Assembly (NCBI GenBank): GCA_965223155.1
Contig: CBDCVR010000013.1
Span: 672,001 to 736,000 of the forward strand
Origin: Candidatus Multivoradales bacterium
Lineage (GTDB): Bacteria > Acidobacteriota > Thermoanaerobaculia > Multivoradales > JAHEKO01
DNA: 64,000 nt
Direction: 5' to 3'
The notes under the pieces are model-generated. The model searched no databases. It was given only the letters and a program-made list of their open reading frames with translations, and was not told the DNA's origin. Numbering within the stretch: the stretch's first letter is position 1; each line of letters starts with the position of its first letter. Below, piece by piece: positions 51,411 to 61,235 of this stretch. The position numbers and the translations under genes were made by a program.

Positions 51411-52138
51411 CCTGCCGTCGCCGCCGAGCCGGACCGGGCACGTTCCAGGAGATCGGTCAGATCGGCTCCGACCTCCAGCTCGATCGGCTCGTCGCCGCGG
51501 GCGAACCAGCGCGCGCCGTTCGCGCCTTCGAGGACCGCGCGTCTGTCCTCGACTCGCAACCAGGCGCCCTCCCGCAGGCCCAGAATGGGCGTCGCGTTGT
51601 CCTCGTGAAACTCCCGGAGGCGCTGTTCGCGGGTTTCGCCCATGTGTTCGTCCGAGGGATCCGCGTCCACGAAGTGGGGGTTAATCTGCATCGGAACCAG
51701 AGCCAGGGCGTCGAAAGACCCGGGCTCGACGATCGGCATGTCGTTGGTCGTCCGGATTGTCGGACAGGCCATGTTGCAGCCGGCGCTCGCACCCATGTAG
51801 ACCATCCCGTTCCGGACCCGGGACCGGATCCGATCGAGCAAGCCCGACTCGCGCAGCAGCTTCAATAGCCGGAAGGTATTGCCGCCGCCCACGAACACCG
51901 CGCCCACCCGGTCGATAAGCTCCAGGCCGGCGGTGTCCGGTGTCGCCACCTCGACCTCGATCCCTTCCCGGGCGAAGCGGTTGACCGCCGCGGCGCCATA
52001 GGCGGCGCGGTCGTCGAGAGCGAAGGGCACGAAGGCGAGCCGGTCGAGATCCCCGAGAACCGCTCGCATCGCGCCGATACAATGATCCAGGTAGCCCTCG
52101 CCGAAGTTGGTGGAGTTGCTGATGAGGAGAAGCTTCAT
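51407..52138 (-). CDS. pepE: Dipeptidase E (peptidase S51)
   Basis: MKLLLISNS, VGGGNTF, GASAG, PTIRTTNDMPI, INPHF, GETREQR. Confidence 0.93.
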   Translation of the reverse strand: MKLLLISNSTNFGEGYLDHCIGAMRAVLGDLDRLAFVPFALDDRAAYGAAAVNRFAREGIEVEVATPDTAGLELIDRVGAVFVGGGNTFRLLKLLRESGLLDRIRSRVRNGMVYMGASAGCNMACPTIRTTNDMPIVEPGSFDALALVPMQINPHFVDADPSDEHMGETREQRLREFHEDNATPILGLREGAWLRVEDRRAVLEGANGARWFARGDEPIELEVGADLTDLLERARSGSAATAG

Positions 52139-52219
52139 GACCCTGAGTGTACCGATCCGCCCGGCCAGGACAATCCCGCGAACCGTCCTGGGCACCCGTA
52201 CCGGCGCTGGAGGCCCGCG

Positions 52220-52549
52220 ATGAGCTTCAACCATCGCCTGGGCCTCGCGCCGTCGCCCGACGGCGAGGCCGTCCAACTCGATGCCGGCGACGAGCACCTG
52301 ATCGCGCCCGACACCGTGCACTTCGCGGTCCTCACCACCCTGGGCGAGGTCGCCGCCGCCCAGGCCGCGGCGGCCCCGGTGGTTCCGACGGCGGTCTCGG
52401 TCCAGCTCATGCGCCGCGCCCGGACCGGGCGCCTCGAGGCGCGCGGCGAGGTTCTCAAGGCGGGCCGCAGCCTGATCTTCGCCGAGGGCACGGTGCGTCA
52501 GGACGACCGCCCGGTGGCGAAAGTCAGCGTGACCTTCGCGCGAATCTAG
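52220..52549 (+). CDS. PaaI-like hotdog-fold thioesterase
   Basis: H..TVHFAVLTTLGE, GEVLKAGRSLIFAEG; 109 aa. Confidence 0.7.
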   Translation: MSFNHRLGLAPSPDGEAVQLDAGDEHLIAPDTVHFAVLTTLGEVAAAQAAAAPVVPTAVSVQLMRRARTGRLEARGEVLKAGRSLIFAEGTVRQDDRPVAKVSVTFARI

Positions 52550-53526
52550 TTGGTCTGAAGCCCGTCCGCCGCCGCGGCCGACAGGGTCTCGGCGGCGCGG
52601 TCGCCAACCGGCTGGAGCCAGTGGTTCCAGTCCGCCAGCTCGCCGCGCACCGCCTGGAAGAAACGCTTCTGGAGCCGCAGCGTCACCGGACCCGGACGGC
52701 CCTCCCCGATCAAGCGGTCGTCGACCTCACGGATGGGGGTGACCTCGGCCGCGGTGCCGGTGAAAAAGGCCTCGTCGGCGACGTAGAGCTCGTCCCGGGT
52801 GAAGGTCCTTTCCCGCACGTCCAGTCCCTCGGCTCGTGCCAGGTGCATGATCGTGTCCCGGGTAATGCCTTCCAGAACGTTGTTGAGCGGCGGCGTCATC
52901 AAGGCGCCGCCGCGAACGATGAACAGGTTCTCGCCGCTGCCTTCGGCCACGTTGCCGCTGCCATCGAGCAGAATCGCCTCGTGGTAGCCGAGGCGCACCG
53001 CCTCGCGCTTGGCCAGAATGGAATTCAAGTAGTTGCCCGAAGCCTTGGCCTTGAGTAGGGACGAATTGGGGGAGTGGCGCTGGTAGCTCGACACCTTGGC
53101 GCGAATTCCTTGCTGGAGCGCTTCGTCGCCCAGATACGCGCCCCAAGGCCACGCCATGATGCCCACCTGGACCGGGTTGTCTTTCGGATAGACGCCCATG
53201 CTGCCCGCGCCCAGCACCGCGATGTGCCGGAGATAGCAGGATTCGAATTCATTGCGCCGCACCAGCTCCACAGAGGCCTCGCGCAGGGTGTCCCGGTCGT
53301 ACGGGAGATTGATCTCGACGATGCGAGCCGAACGCTCGAGCCGAATCAAGTGGTCCTCGAGGCGAAAGACTGCGGTTCCGCCCTCGCTCAAGGCGTATGC
53401 CCGCGTTCCCTCGAAGATCCCAAGACCGTAATGCAGCGTATGGGTTTTCAGATGCAACCGGGCCGCTTCGGTGGGAATGAACTCACCGTCGAACCAGGTG
53501 TACTTGGGATTTACTCGTTCACTCAT
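52546..53526 (-). CDS. ilvE: Branched-chain amino acid aminotransferase
   Basis: LHYGLGIFEG, WGAYLG, KASGNYLNS, EGSGEN, LEGITR, TGTAAEVTP. Confidence 0.95.
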   Translation of the reverse strand: MSERVNPKYTWFDGEFIPTEAARLHLKTHTLHYGLGIFEGTRAYALSEGGTAVFRLEDHLIRLERSARIVEINLPYDRDTLREASVELVRRNEFESCYLRHIAVLGAGSMGVYPKDNPVQVGIMAWPWGAYLGDEALQQGIRAKVSSYQRHSPNSSLLKAKASGNYLNSILAKREAVRLGYHEAILLDGSGNVAEGSGENLFIVRGGALMTPPLNNVLEGITRDTIMHLARAEGLDVRERTFTRDELYVADEAFFTGTAAEVTPIREVDDRLIGEGRPGPVTLRLQKRFFQAVRGELADWNHWLQPVGDRAAETLSAAAADGLQTN

Positions 53527-53694
53527 GAAGGTCAGTTTAGCAGACGGTTCTGGGGCACCTCGCGGTGCCGTTGCGGCCCGAAACTCCGCGGCGGCGCCCC
53601 GTGCCGGGGCCTGCGATAAGCTCCGAAGCCGGACTACTGCCTCGCCCGCCGCGCCGGGCCGCCGATCCAGAACAGCCCAGCCGGGAGACCTTGG

Positions 53695-55641
53695 ATGATG
53701 ATCGCTACCTCTCTATTTGAACCCGAGCGCTCGGCGTCCCGAGCAGCCGAGCCCCTCGTGCTGCTCTCCCTTCTGCTCCTGCTCTTCCCGGCGGCGGCGT
53801 CCACCCAGGACTGGACCGGCAACGCCGCTCTCGGCGTTCAGGTCCGGGGCGGGTCCGGCAAGCCGCTCGCCGGCGCCGAGGTCGAGATCGCCGCTCGGCA
53901 CGGCGGCCAGGTAGGGGGACCGGCAGCCCGCCGGACGGACTCGCGCGGCCAGGCGAACTTCGTCGGGATTGCCCCCGGCACCTGGAGTCTCGAGATCCAC
54001 CATCCCGAGCATCTCTCCTATGTCGCCACGGTCGTTATAGACGGACGCAAGAAGCCCGAGATCGTCACCCAGTTCCTGGAGGTGCGCGGCACCGGACGGG
54101 GTACGATGAAGGTCAAGTTTCTGAAGAGCTCGCAAGCACTCGGACAGCCCCTGGCTCCGAGCGAGATGCCTCCGGCACTCCCGGCAGCCGAAGCGGCAGC
54201 CACAGAACCGGAACCGGCCGAACTGCCCCAACCGGATCCCCAGGAGCCGGTCGAGCCGGAACCGGCGGCACCGGCCCCAGTTCAGCCGGCTCCGAGCGAG
54301 CCCATTCCAAGCGGATCTACCCCGAGCGAATCCACTCCCACCGAACCGGGCCCGAGCGAGCCGGCTTCGGTCACGCCCGGATCTCCTGAGCCCGTGGAGA
54401 CCGCGCCGGTTTCGCGCGTTGCGGAAGCTCCGGAAGCTCCGGACGTTGCCGCCGCCGCCGAGACTCCAGCCGTCGAGCCGGAGCCGGCGGTCGCCGAAGT
54501 CGATGCACCAACCCCGCAGCCAGAGGCGCCAACGGCCGAGGAGGCCGCCGAACCGGTGAGGGTCGAGCCCGAACCACCGGCTACGACGGCTCCACCGAGC
54601 CCCGAGATGACGTCCCCGGCAGTACCCGCAATCGACGAGCCCGTGGAGGATGCCGTGTCTCAGGTCGCCGCGGTCGCGGAACCAGGAGCTCGGGAGCCCA
54701 CGGCGGCACCGGTCGAACCCGCGCCGGCAGTGGCTCCGGAGACCCCGCCAGAGACCGAGACCGGAGCAGAGACCGCGGAGGTAGCGGTCGCTGAGGCCGA
54801 CGCCACGGAGGACGTCTCGAACACGGCTTCGGCCAGCGCTTTGGAGACGGCGGCGGAAACTATCGAGGCGGCAGCGCCCGCGACCCCGGATCCGGTCCCG
54901 ACTTCAGCTGCGGACACGGCACCCCCGCCAACTCCGAATTCGGTAGCTGCACAGTTTCCGGCTCCGACGGATTCCCCGCCAGAGTCCCCCGCCCCGACAT
55001 TCACGGTAGCACCCGCGCCAGGGGACGCCACTCCAGCCGAGCCCGCCGAAGCTGAGACCGAGGCCGAGGCAATGGCCGCGCCAGACGCCCAGACGGAGGC
55101 TCAACCACTGCGCTCGTACGCGACCCGGACTTGCGCCGAATGCAAGCCTGGAGAATGGGCCGCCGACGCGACCGTCGCGGTGGCCCCCGGAAGCGCTCCG
55201 TGCCGGGCAACCGCCGAGCGCAGCGTGCGCCGGGCCATGCGCGACGTGGGCACCATCGCCAGCGCGCCGCTGGCGAACTCCGCCGGACCGCTCGAGTTGG
55301 ACCTGAGCGCCGAGCCCTTCCGTTCGGTCACGACCGCGGCGCGGACCACCCTGGCCCCGTACTTGGATCCAAACGCCAACTGCCGGTTCGTCGGCGTGGT
55401 GCTGCCGGCCGGCGCCCGCTTCTCGGGCTTTCGCTCGCAGGCGTCCGACACGACCGGCGTTTCCGAGTGCCTGGGAACCCAGGACTGCGCGATCGGCGGC
55501 GCGCGGTTCGTCTTCAGCCCCGGTGTCGTGCGTGGCGAGGGCGCCACGCTGGTCTTTACCCTGTTCGAAAACACCGGTACCGCCCGCCGCAACGCCTCGC
55601 TCTCGGCCTACTTCGAGCCGACGGGCACCTGGCGGCCCTAG
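53695..55641 (+). CDS. Exported protein: carboxypeptidase-regulatory-like domain, long Pro/Ala/Glu linker, Cys-containing C-terminal domain
   Basis: Signal peptide; GKPLAGAEV..TDSRG..GIAPGTW; ~300 aa low-complexity region; 6 Cys in the C-terminal domain. Confidence 0.75.
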   Translation: MMIATSLFEPERSASRAAEPLVLLSLLLLLFPAAASTQDWTGNAALGVQVRGGSGKPLAGAEVEIAARHGGQVGGPAARRTDSRGQANFVGIAPGTWSLEIHHPEHLSYVATVVIDGRKKPEIVTQFLEVRGTGRGTMKVKFLKSSQALGQPLAPSEMPPALPAAEAAATEPEPAELPQPDPQEPVEPEPAAPAPVQPAPSEPIPSGSTPSESTPTEPGPSEPASVTPGSPEPVETAPVSRVAEAPEAPDVAAAAETPAVEPEPAVAEVDAPTPQPEAPTAEEAAEPVRVEPEPPATTAPPSPEMTSPAVPAIDEPVEDAVSQVAAVAEPGAREPTAAPVEPAPAVAPETPPETETGAETAEVAVAEADATEDVSNTASASALETAAETIEAAAPATPDPVPTSAADTAPPPTPNSVAAQFPAPTDSPPESPAPTFTVAPAPGDATPAEPAEAETEAEAMAAPDAQTEAQPLRSYATRTCAECKPGEWAADATVAVAPGSAPCRATAERSVRRAMRDVGTIASAPLANSAGPLELDLSAEPFRSVTTAARTTLAPYLDPNANCRFVGVVLPAGARFSGFRSQASDTTGVSECLGTQDCAIGGARFVFSPGVVRGEGATLVFTLFENTGTARRNASLSAYFEPTGTWRP

Positions 55642-55799
55642 GGGTCTAGCGGCCCCAGAAGACCCGCGGGACACCCGGCCGCCGTTCCGGCGGTCGCGAA
55701 GCGTTGTGAAGTCTGCAATAGGCGCGGCCGCCATCGGCGCCTATCCTTACCGGCGTTGGCCCAAGTCACAGCGTACGCACTGGGAAAGGACGCTCTTTC

Positions 55800-56543
55800 G
55801 TGCCAAAACAGCTCAAGCTCCTCGTCATCGGTCCGGAAGACCACCTCCCGGACAGCGCTCACGAAATCCTGCGGCGGGATGCGATCCGCATGCATCGGGT
55901 GCAGACGGCCGCCGAGGCGCTCATCCTGACCGGCAATATGCCCTATGACCTCCTCATGGTGGCCGAGCCCCTTCCGGATCTGGACACTGCCACGATCCTG
56001 GGATCCCTGCAGTCCCTGGACTGGACCAGCGCTGGCGCGCCGGCGATGGTCTTCGTGAGCCCAGCGGCGATCGAAACCGCCGCTACGGGACTGCAACGCT
56101 TCCCGGTCCGGGTTCTGTCTCGCGACACCGAACGCGGTGAGATTCAGCAGGCGATGGCCGAGCTTCTGGGCGTAGCCGTGCGTAGCTCGATGCGTATGAT
56201 CGTCAACATCCAGGTCGAGCTGGAAGAGGCCGGCACGCTCCGCTGCTTCCAGTCGGAGAACCTGTCCGAGTCGGGGATGCTGCTACGGGGCGCCCGCTCG
56301 ATTCCGGTCGGAGCTCCTCTGCGAGTGGCCTTCAATCTCCCCGACGAGACAGACCCGATCACCGGCAAGGCGATCGTGGTGCGCCACACCGGACCCGGTG
56401 AGGCCGAAGGCATCGGTATCCGCTTCGTGGATTTCGCCGAAAGCCATGTCTTGCGGCTGCGGCGCTTCGTGGATCAGTCTCTCGGAAACGTCGCCACCGA
56501 CGCCAGGCCCGGGGAGCGACCGCACTCCACGCCCGCGCTCTGA
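55800..56543 (+). CDS. Pseudo-receiver plus PilZ domain protein
   Basis: REC-like N-terminus; PilZ motifs RSSMR and NLSESG, GIRF. Confidence 0.8.
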   Translation: MPKQLKLLVIGPEDHLPDSAHEILRRDAIRMHRVQTAAEALILTGNMPYDLLMVAEPLPDLDTATILGSLQSLDWTSAGAPAMVFVSPAAIETAATGLQRFPVRVLSRDTERGEIQQAMAELLGVAVRSSMRMIVNIQVELEEAGTLRCFQSENLSESGMLLRGARSIPVGAPLRVAFNLPDETDPITGKAIVVRHTGPGEAEGIGIRFVDFAESHVLRLRRFVDQSLGNVATDARPGERPHSTPAL

Positions 56544-56562
56544 GGTCGGTCGGACCGGACCG

Positions 56563-58965
56563 TCAGCGCTCGTCGAAGACGTCCTGAAGATCCTGTCGGA
56601 GGCGCTCCATCGCTTCGGTGAGGCGCTCGCGGACCGCTTCCTGCTGAACCTCGAGCTCGCGGCGCAGCTTCTGAAACTCCCCGCGCCGGGACTCCATCTC
56701 AGCCCGTAGCCGATCCGCCTCGGCCCGCAGCTCGGCGAGAGTCTCCGGAGAGGGTCGAAGCTCGGCCGTCTTGCGGCGAATCTCCAGACGGAGGTGGCGC
56801 CGCTCCTCGGGGTCCTCGGCCGACTCGACGCGCCGGGCCATGGCCTCCAGCTCCCGAGAAGCCGCCTCCAGGCGCCGCTCGAGCTCGCGCTCATGAGCGA
56901 GCAGCGTGCGCTCGAGCTCACGCTGCCGCCGGCCGTCGAAAAGCTGCCGAGTCTGCCGCTCGAACGTGGTGTGCAAACGCTCGAGCTCGCGACCGTAGCG
57001 GTCCTTGAAGGTCCGCATTTCGCGCTCGATGCGGGCCAACTCCCGCTCACGCTCGCGATCCGCTATCTCACGGGCACGGCGCCGCTGCTCGGCGCGCTCA
57101 CCCGAGGCTTCGAGATCGGTGGCGAGGGCTTCGACCGCCGTCTCGAGCGCCTCGGCGGTGTCCGCCGCCAGCAGCGCTAGCTCGCCTTCCTGAAGGGCCT
57201 CGAAGTCCAGCTCGACGGCACTCAGCGCCTCTTCGGCGGCACTTGCCGCCGCCACCCAGGCATCCACCAAGTCGTCCTGGAGGAACTGCCAACCCTCGGT
57301 GTCTTCGCGCTCGTCTCCCCTTTCGTCCGCGGCTTCGTCCTCCCAGACCCAGTCCTCGCGGGACGAATCCGAACCGTCAGCGTCGGCGACGAAGGGCGCC
57401 AGCGCGGCCACGACCGGAGCCGGAGCGGGCTCGAACTCCTCGACCAGCCACCGCACTACCGGTACCACCGCGGCGGCGGGAGCACTCAGAACGGGGTCGG
57501 GTGCCGCTGCTGGAGCCGGCGGTGCCGGTGGAGCCAGTGAAGCCAGCGGGCGCACGACGGAGGCGGTCCAGGAAACGGGCTCTGGCGCGCCTCCGCGGAC
57601 TTCGTCCACCTCTTCGCACGGTGACTCCGCCACCTGCGGCGCCACAGGCGGCGACGGCAGCCCGCGCACGGTCCAGGCTCGGTCATCCGGCCGAGTCGAC
57701 GGCGCCAGCACCGCCACCGCCCGGACCCTCGGAGCAGCCTCGCGCGCTTCGACTTGCGCCGGAGGCGTGGGCGCCGGCTCCTCCACGAGCCGGCCGGCGC
57801 TCACCACCGACGGCACCGCCGCGACGGTTAGCAGCAGCACGGGGAGCACCGCCACCTGCAGCCAGCGCGGCACCTCGGCTCGGGGCAATGGATAGTTGCG
57901 GTCCAGGAGTCTCCGCACCCGCGCGCCGAACTGGGACGTCGAGGAGCTGGCCATGGTCGAGGCCTGAAAAACGGTCGCGTCGGCCTGGCGCCAGCCGGCA
58001 ACCCGGGTCAGGCACTTGGCCAGGGTGATCGGCCGTCCAGTCTGCTCCACCGCCCAGTCGTCACACTGAAGCTCGGCCAGGTGGCGGAGGCGGGCCGCCG
58101 CAACGAAGTTCAAGGGCTGAAAGAAGAGGAGCTGGCAAACCACGCGCAGACCCAGCTGCCAGGCGGTGTCTCGCCGCACGAGGTGCGCCAGCTCGTGGGC
58201 CAGAACGATCTCCTGCTCGGCCTCGTCCAGCTCGTCGGCGGCGCGGCTGGGCAGGCAGACCTCCCAGCGCCGGATGCCGCGGGCGAGCGGCGTCCACAGC
58301 CAGCGGCAAACGCTCAGGGCAACGTGCCGGCGAATCCCGGCTCCCTGCCGAAGCCGGTTCAGAAGCGAAGGCACCGGTCCCCGGTCGAGCGGCTGGCGGC
58401 CCAGCAAGCGCTGGCAGAGCATGCCGTAGGCGGTACCGAGGCGCATCAGCAACAGCATCGCGATCGCCAGCCACGCCCCGACGGCGACCGCGGCGGGCCT
58501 CGCCCGGGTGGCGGCAAGAACGCTCGAAGCGCCCGCGGCCAGGCTTCCTGCCGCTCCTCGGGCAAGCCGCCGCAGGGTACCGCCGTCAACGGATCCTGAA
58601 GGCCCGGCCACGGCCAGAGCTTCCTCGGGCAGGGTGCCGGCTGGCAGCGCGGCGGCGGACGCCGCCGTCCGGGCGGCAGGCCCCGGAGTCGCGATGGCCC
58701 CGCCGGCAACCGGGCCGGTCTCGGCGGCCGAGTTCAAGACGATCGGAACCGTGCCGCCAAAGGGCCGCCAGTCTCCCACGCCAGCGAGGCCGAGCTGCAA
58801 GCTCGTGGTCAGAAGAGCGCCCACGAGCGCGAGCCGCCAGATCCGTTCCTCGAGCGCCGCGTTGCGCCCCGCCAGCACGGCCGACAGCGCCCAGGCCGAC
58901 AGCAACAGGACGGTGCTGTGCAGCCAGTAGGTCAAGAGCCACGACAGAACCAGATCCACCATCAA
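56563..58965 (-). CDS. BlaR1/MecR1-like M56 metallopeptidase with Pro-rich linker and coiled-coil C-terminus
   Basis: YWLHSTVLL, LAHELAHLVRRD, FFQPL, ELQCDDWAV, ARVRRLL. Confidence 0.9.
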   Translation of the reverse strand: MMVDLVLSWLLTYWLHSTVLLLSAWALSAVLAGRNAALEERIWRLALVGALLTTSLQLGLAGVGDWRPFGGTVPIVLNSAAETGPVAGGAIATPGPAARTAASAAALPAGTLPEEALAVAGPSGSVDGGTLRRLARGAAGSLAAGASSVLAATRARPAAVAVGAWLAIAMLLLMRLGTAYGMLCQRLLGRQPLDRGPVPSLLNRLRQGAGIRRHVALSVCRWLWTPLARGIRRWEVCLPSRAADELDEAEQEIVLAHELAHLVRRDTAWQLGLRVVCQLLFFQPLNFVAAARLRHLAELQCDDWAVEQTGRPITLAKCLTRVAGWRQADATVFQASTMASSSTSQFGARVRRLLDRNYPLPRAEVPRWLQVAVLPVLLLTVAAVPSVVSAGRLVEEPAPTPPAQVEAREAAPRVRAVAVLAPSTRPDDRAWTVRGLPSPPVAPQVAESPCEEVDEVRGGAPEPVSWTASVVRPLASLAPPAPPAPAAAPDPVLSAPAAAVVPVVRWLVEEFEPAPAPVVAALAPFVADADGSDSSREDWVWEDEAADERGDEREDTEGWQFLQDDLVDAWVAAASAAEEALSAVELDFEALQEGELALLAADTAEALETAVEALATDLEASGERAEQRRRAREIADRERERELARIEREMRTFKDRYGRELERLHTTFERQTRQLFDGRRQRELERTLLAHERELERRLEAASRELEAMARRVESAEDPEERRHLRLEIRRKTAELRPSPETLAELRAEADRLRAEMESRRGEFQKLRRELEVQQEAVRERLTEAMERLRQDLQDVFDER

Positions 58966-58966
58966 G

Positions 58967-59347
58967 CTACCCTCGGCTTTCCTTGTCGGCGACCAGCCGG
59001 CGGAGCTCCGCCAACTCGTCCGTGTCGATTTCGTGCTCGGAAATGAGATGACTGACGAGTGCCGCCACGTCGCCCCGGAATAGGCGGTCGGTCAGCGTCT
59101 CGACCATGCCGCGGCGCACGCCCGCCTCGGTCACCGCCGGACGGTAGATGAACCGCCGGCCCTCCGCGCGATGGGCGACTACGCCCTTGGCCTCCATCTT
59201 GCGCAACATGGTGGCGATCGTGGTGGGCGCGAGACCGCGCTCGCTCAGAAGCTCGGCATGCACTTCGGAAGCGCTGGCCTCGCCTCGGGTCCAAAGCACC
59301 CTCATGATCGCCAATTGCAAGTCCCCGAGCTGGTGTTTTCGACTCAT
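58967..59347 (-). CDS. BlaI/MecI/CopY family repressor
   Basis: LGDLQLAIMRVLW, LAPTTIATMLRKMEAKG, RRFIYRP, DRLFRGD. Confidence 0.93.
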   Translation of the reverse strand: MSRKHQLGDLQLAIMRVLWTRGEASASEVHAELLSERGLAPTTIATMLRKMEAKGVVAHRAEGRRFIYRPAVTEAGVRRGMVETLTDRLFRGDVAALVSHLISEHEIDTDELAELRRLVADKESRG

Positions 59348-59378
59348 TCCGTACCTCCGGCGGTTGTCAACGACCCCG

Positions 59379-59408
59379 ATAGTACTACCGTAGTAGTTTT
59401 CACGTCAA
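59379..59408 (-). promoter_or_regulatory. Promoter of blaI-like gene with overlapping palindromic operator
   Basis: Minus strand TTGACG-18 bp-TACTAT; perfect inverted repeat TACTAC-C-GTAGTA at 59383-59395. Confidence 0.75.
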
Positions 59409-59428
59409 GGCCGCCGCTCGAGTCATCC

Positions 59429-59470
59429 AAAAAAAAGAACCCCCTCCCAGTCCTACGACCGGGAGGGGGT
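59429..59470 (-). terminator. Rho-independent terminator
   Basis: Minus strand ACCCCCTCCCGGTC-GTAG-GACTGGGAGGGGGT followed by TC and T8, just after the 59497 stop. Confidence 0.9.
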
Positions 59471-59496
59471 CCGGGTTCTGACGAAAGCGACCGCTG

Positions 59497-61125
59497 CTAG
59501 AAACGGTAGGAAAGACCGATCGTGCCGATCAGGGGATCGACATCGAAGTCGGCGTCGCTCGAGTCGGCGCCGGCGGTCAGGTACCGACCGGTAATGCTTA
59601 GAGCCCACGGACTCTGCCAGCCGAAGTAGATGTCGGCGCCCACCTTGGCCCCAAAACCCACTTCGCTGTCGAAGTTCTCGCCGTCGTTGAGCGACGAGCC
59701 TCCGAAGTCGATGAAGCTCACGATCGGACCCAGATAGACGTCAACCAGACGGTCCAGGCCGAAGTGGTAGTTGAGTCCGAGCTCCAGCGGCTCGAAGGAG
59801 ACTTCCTCCGTGCTCATGAACCAGTCCTCGCCGATGTCGATGACCAGATTGCCGTCGAGATCCAGATTCATGTAGTTGACGTCGAAGCCGAGCTTCTCGC
59901 CAAAGAGGTACTCGACGCCGAGGCCGAAGCCGTCGCCGCCGCTAATCGAGCGCTTGATCCGAGTCTCTTCGATGCCGGGACCACCAAAGGCGGTCATCAC
60001 CGCGCCCGTGGAAACGTCGGCCCGCGCGAGGTAGCCACGCACGATCCAGTTGCCGCCACGCGGGTCGCGGGTGGCCGTCATGGTGATCGTCTTGGTCTCG
60101 GTCATGCCGTTGTGCTCGGTCACGACCTCCACCTGATACTCGTAGTCGCCCGGCTTGGCCGGCAGTGATGCGCTGGGATCGAAGGTCCACTGGTTGGGGC
60201 CGGTCTGCACCAGGCCCTCGGTCACGGGCTGGCCGTCCGGTCCGATAACGCTCTTGATCGAAACGTCGCCGGTGCTGCCGGAGCCGTCGATCGTCAGGAC
60301 GCCGCTCTCGGGATCGGTCGTGATCTCGAAGACCCCTTCGGGCTTGATTCGCTCAACGTCCACGCCGGCGCTGGCGGTTGCCGTCCGGCCATCGTCGCAG
60401 ACGCCGGTGGCGGTGAACTCGTAGCGCCCGTCCGCGGTTGGCGGATAGGTCCAGGTCCCATCGGCACCCCCGACCTTGGCCAGGTCGCCGGCCCCATCCG
60501 GCTCTTGCACGTCGGTGATCGCCATGCGCTCGCAATCGGTGGTACCGGTCAAGTCGATAACGTCACCCTCGGCGTCGAACGTCGCACTCAGCGACGCCGT
60601 CGGCGGCGGATCCAGACGCGTTGTGCCGCGCTCGATGGCCAGATTCAGGCAGGCCTCGGGGACGACGAAGTTGTAGCTGTAGCCGTTCGACGACACCTGG
60701 ATGTTCCAGGCCGGAAAGGGCTCCTTGCCGCGCCACAGCAGGTTGTTGACGCAAGCCGCCTCACCGCGCTTGCGGTAGGCCATCCAATCGAATTCGGTAA
60801 GCGGCTCGACCGCCCGCGCGGAGACGCCTTCACCGCTGGCAACGGCGGCGAACAGATCCTCGGGGTCGCCACCCCAGCGAGTCAGAGCGAGCACGCGCTC
60901 CAAATCCGCGCGGTGCTCGACAAAGAGCCGCTGCAAATCGGCCATCGTGTCGGCGGACTCGGACGAGAACGTCGTCCGCGGATTACCGAACCGGGTAACC
61001 GCGGCAACACGGTCGCCTCCGGTGCAATCATTTTCCTGGGCCAGCGCCACTTCGGTGGCAAGCATTCCGAAGCCAAACGCCAGCAACAGAGCGAAGACCA
61101 TCCTACGGAGAACTTGAAGTTTCAT
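59497..61125 (-). CDS. Exported protein with Ig-like repeats and C-terminal OmpW-like beta-barrel
   Basis: Signal ending ALA-Q; GGAGG RBS; barrel strands GLGVEYLF, LGLNYHF, DVYLGP, VDPLIGTIGLSYRF. Confidence 0.78.
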   Translation of the reverse strand: MKLQVLRRMVFALLLAFGFGMLATEVALAQENDCTGGDRVAAVTRFGNPRTTFSSESADTMADLQRLFVEHRADLERVLALTRWGGDPEDLFAAVASGEGVSARAVEPLTEFDWMAYRKRGEAACVNNLLWRGKEPFPAWNIQVSSNGYSYNFVVPEACLNLAIERGTTRLDPPPTASLSATFDAEGDVIDLTGTTDCERMAITDVQEPDGAGDLAKVGGADGTWTYPPTADGRYEFTATGVCDDGRTATASAGVDVERIKPEGVFEITTDPESGVLTIDGSGSTGDVSIKSVIGPDGQPVTEGLVQTGPNQWTFDPSASLPAKPGDYEYQVEVVTEHNGMTETKTITMTATRDPRGGNWIVRGYLARADVSTGAVMTAFGGPGIEETRIKRSISGGDGFGLGVEYLFGEKLGFDVNYMNLDLDGNLVIDIGEDWFMSTEEVSFEPLELGLNYHFGLDRLVDVYLGPIVSFIDFGGSSLNDGENFDSEVGFGAKVGADIYFGWQSPWALSITGRYLTAGADSSDADFDVDPLIGTIGLSYRF

Positions 61126-61235
61126 CGTAAACCTCCCGCGTATCAACGCGTTTTCTTGCTTTCTAGTTGAGCCGGCCCTCGCTCCATGGGCTCGACGCCC
61201 CATCATGTGCCGAGGTCGGCGGCAAGTCAACGTTT

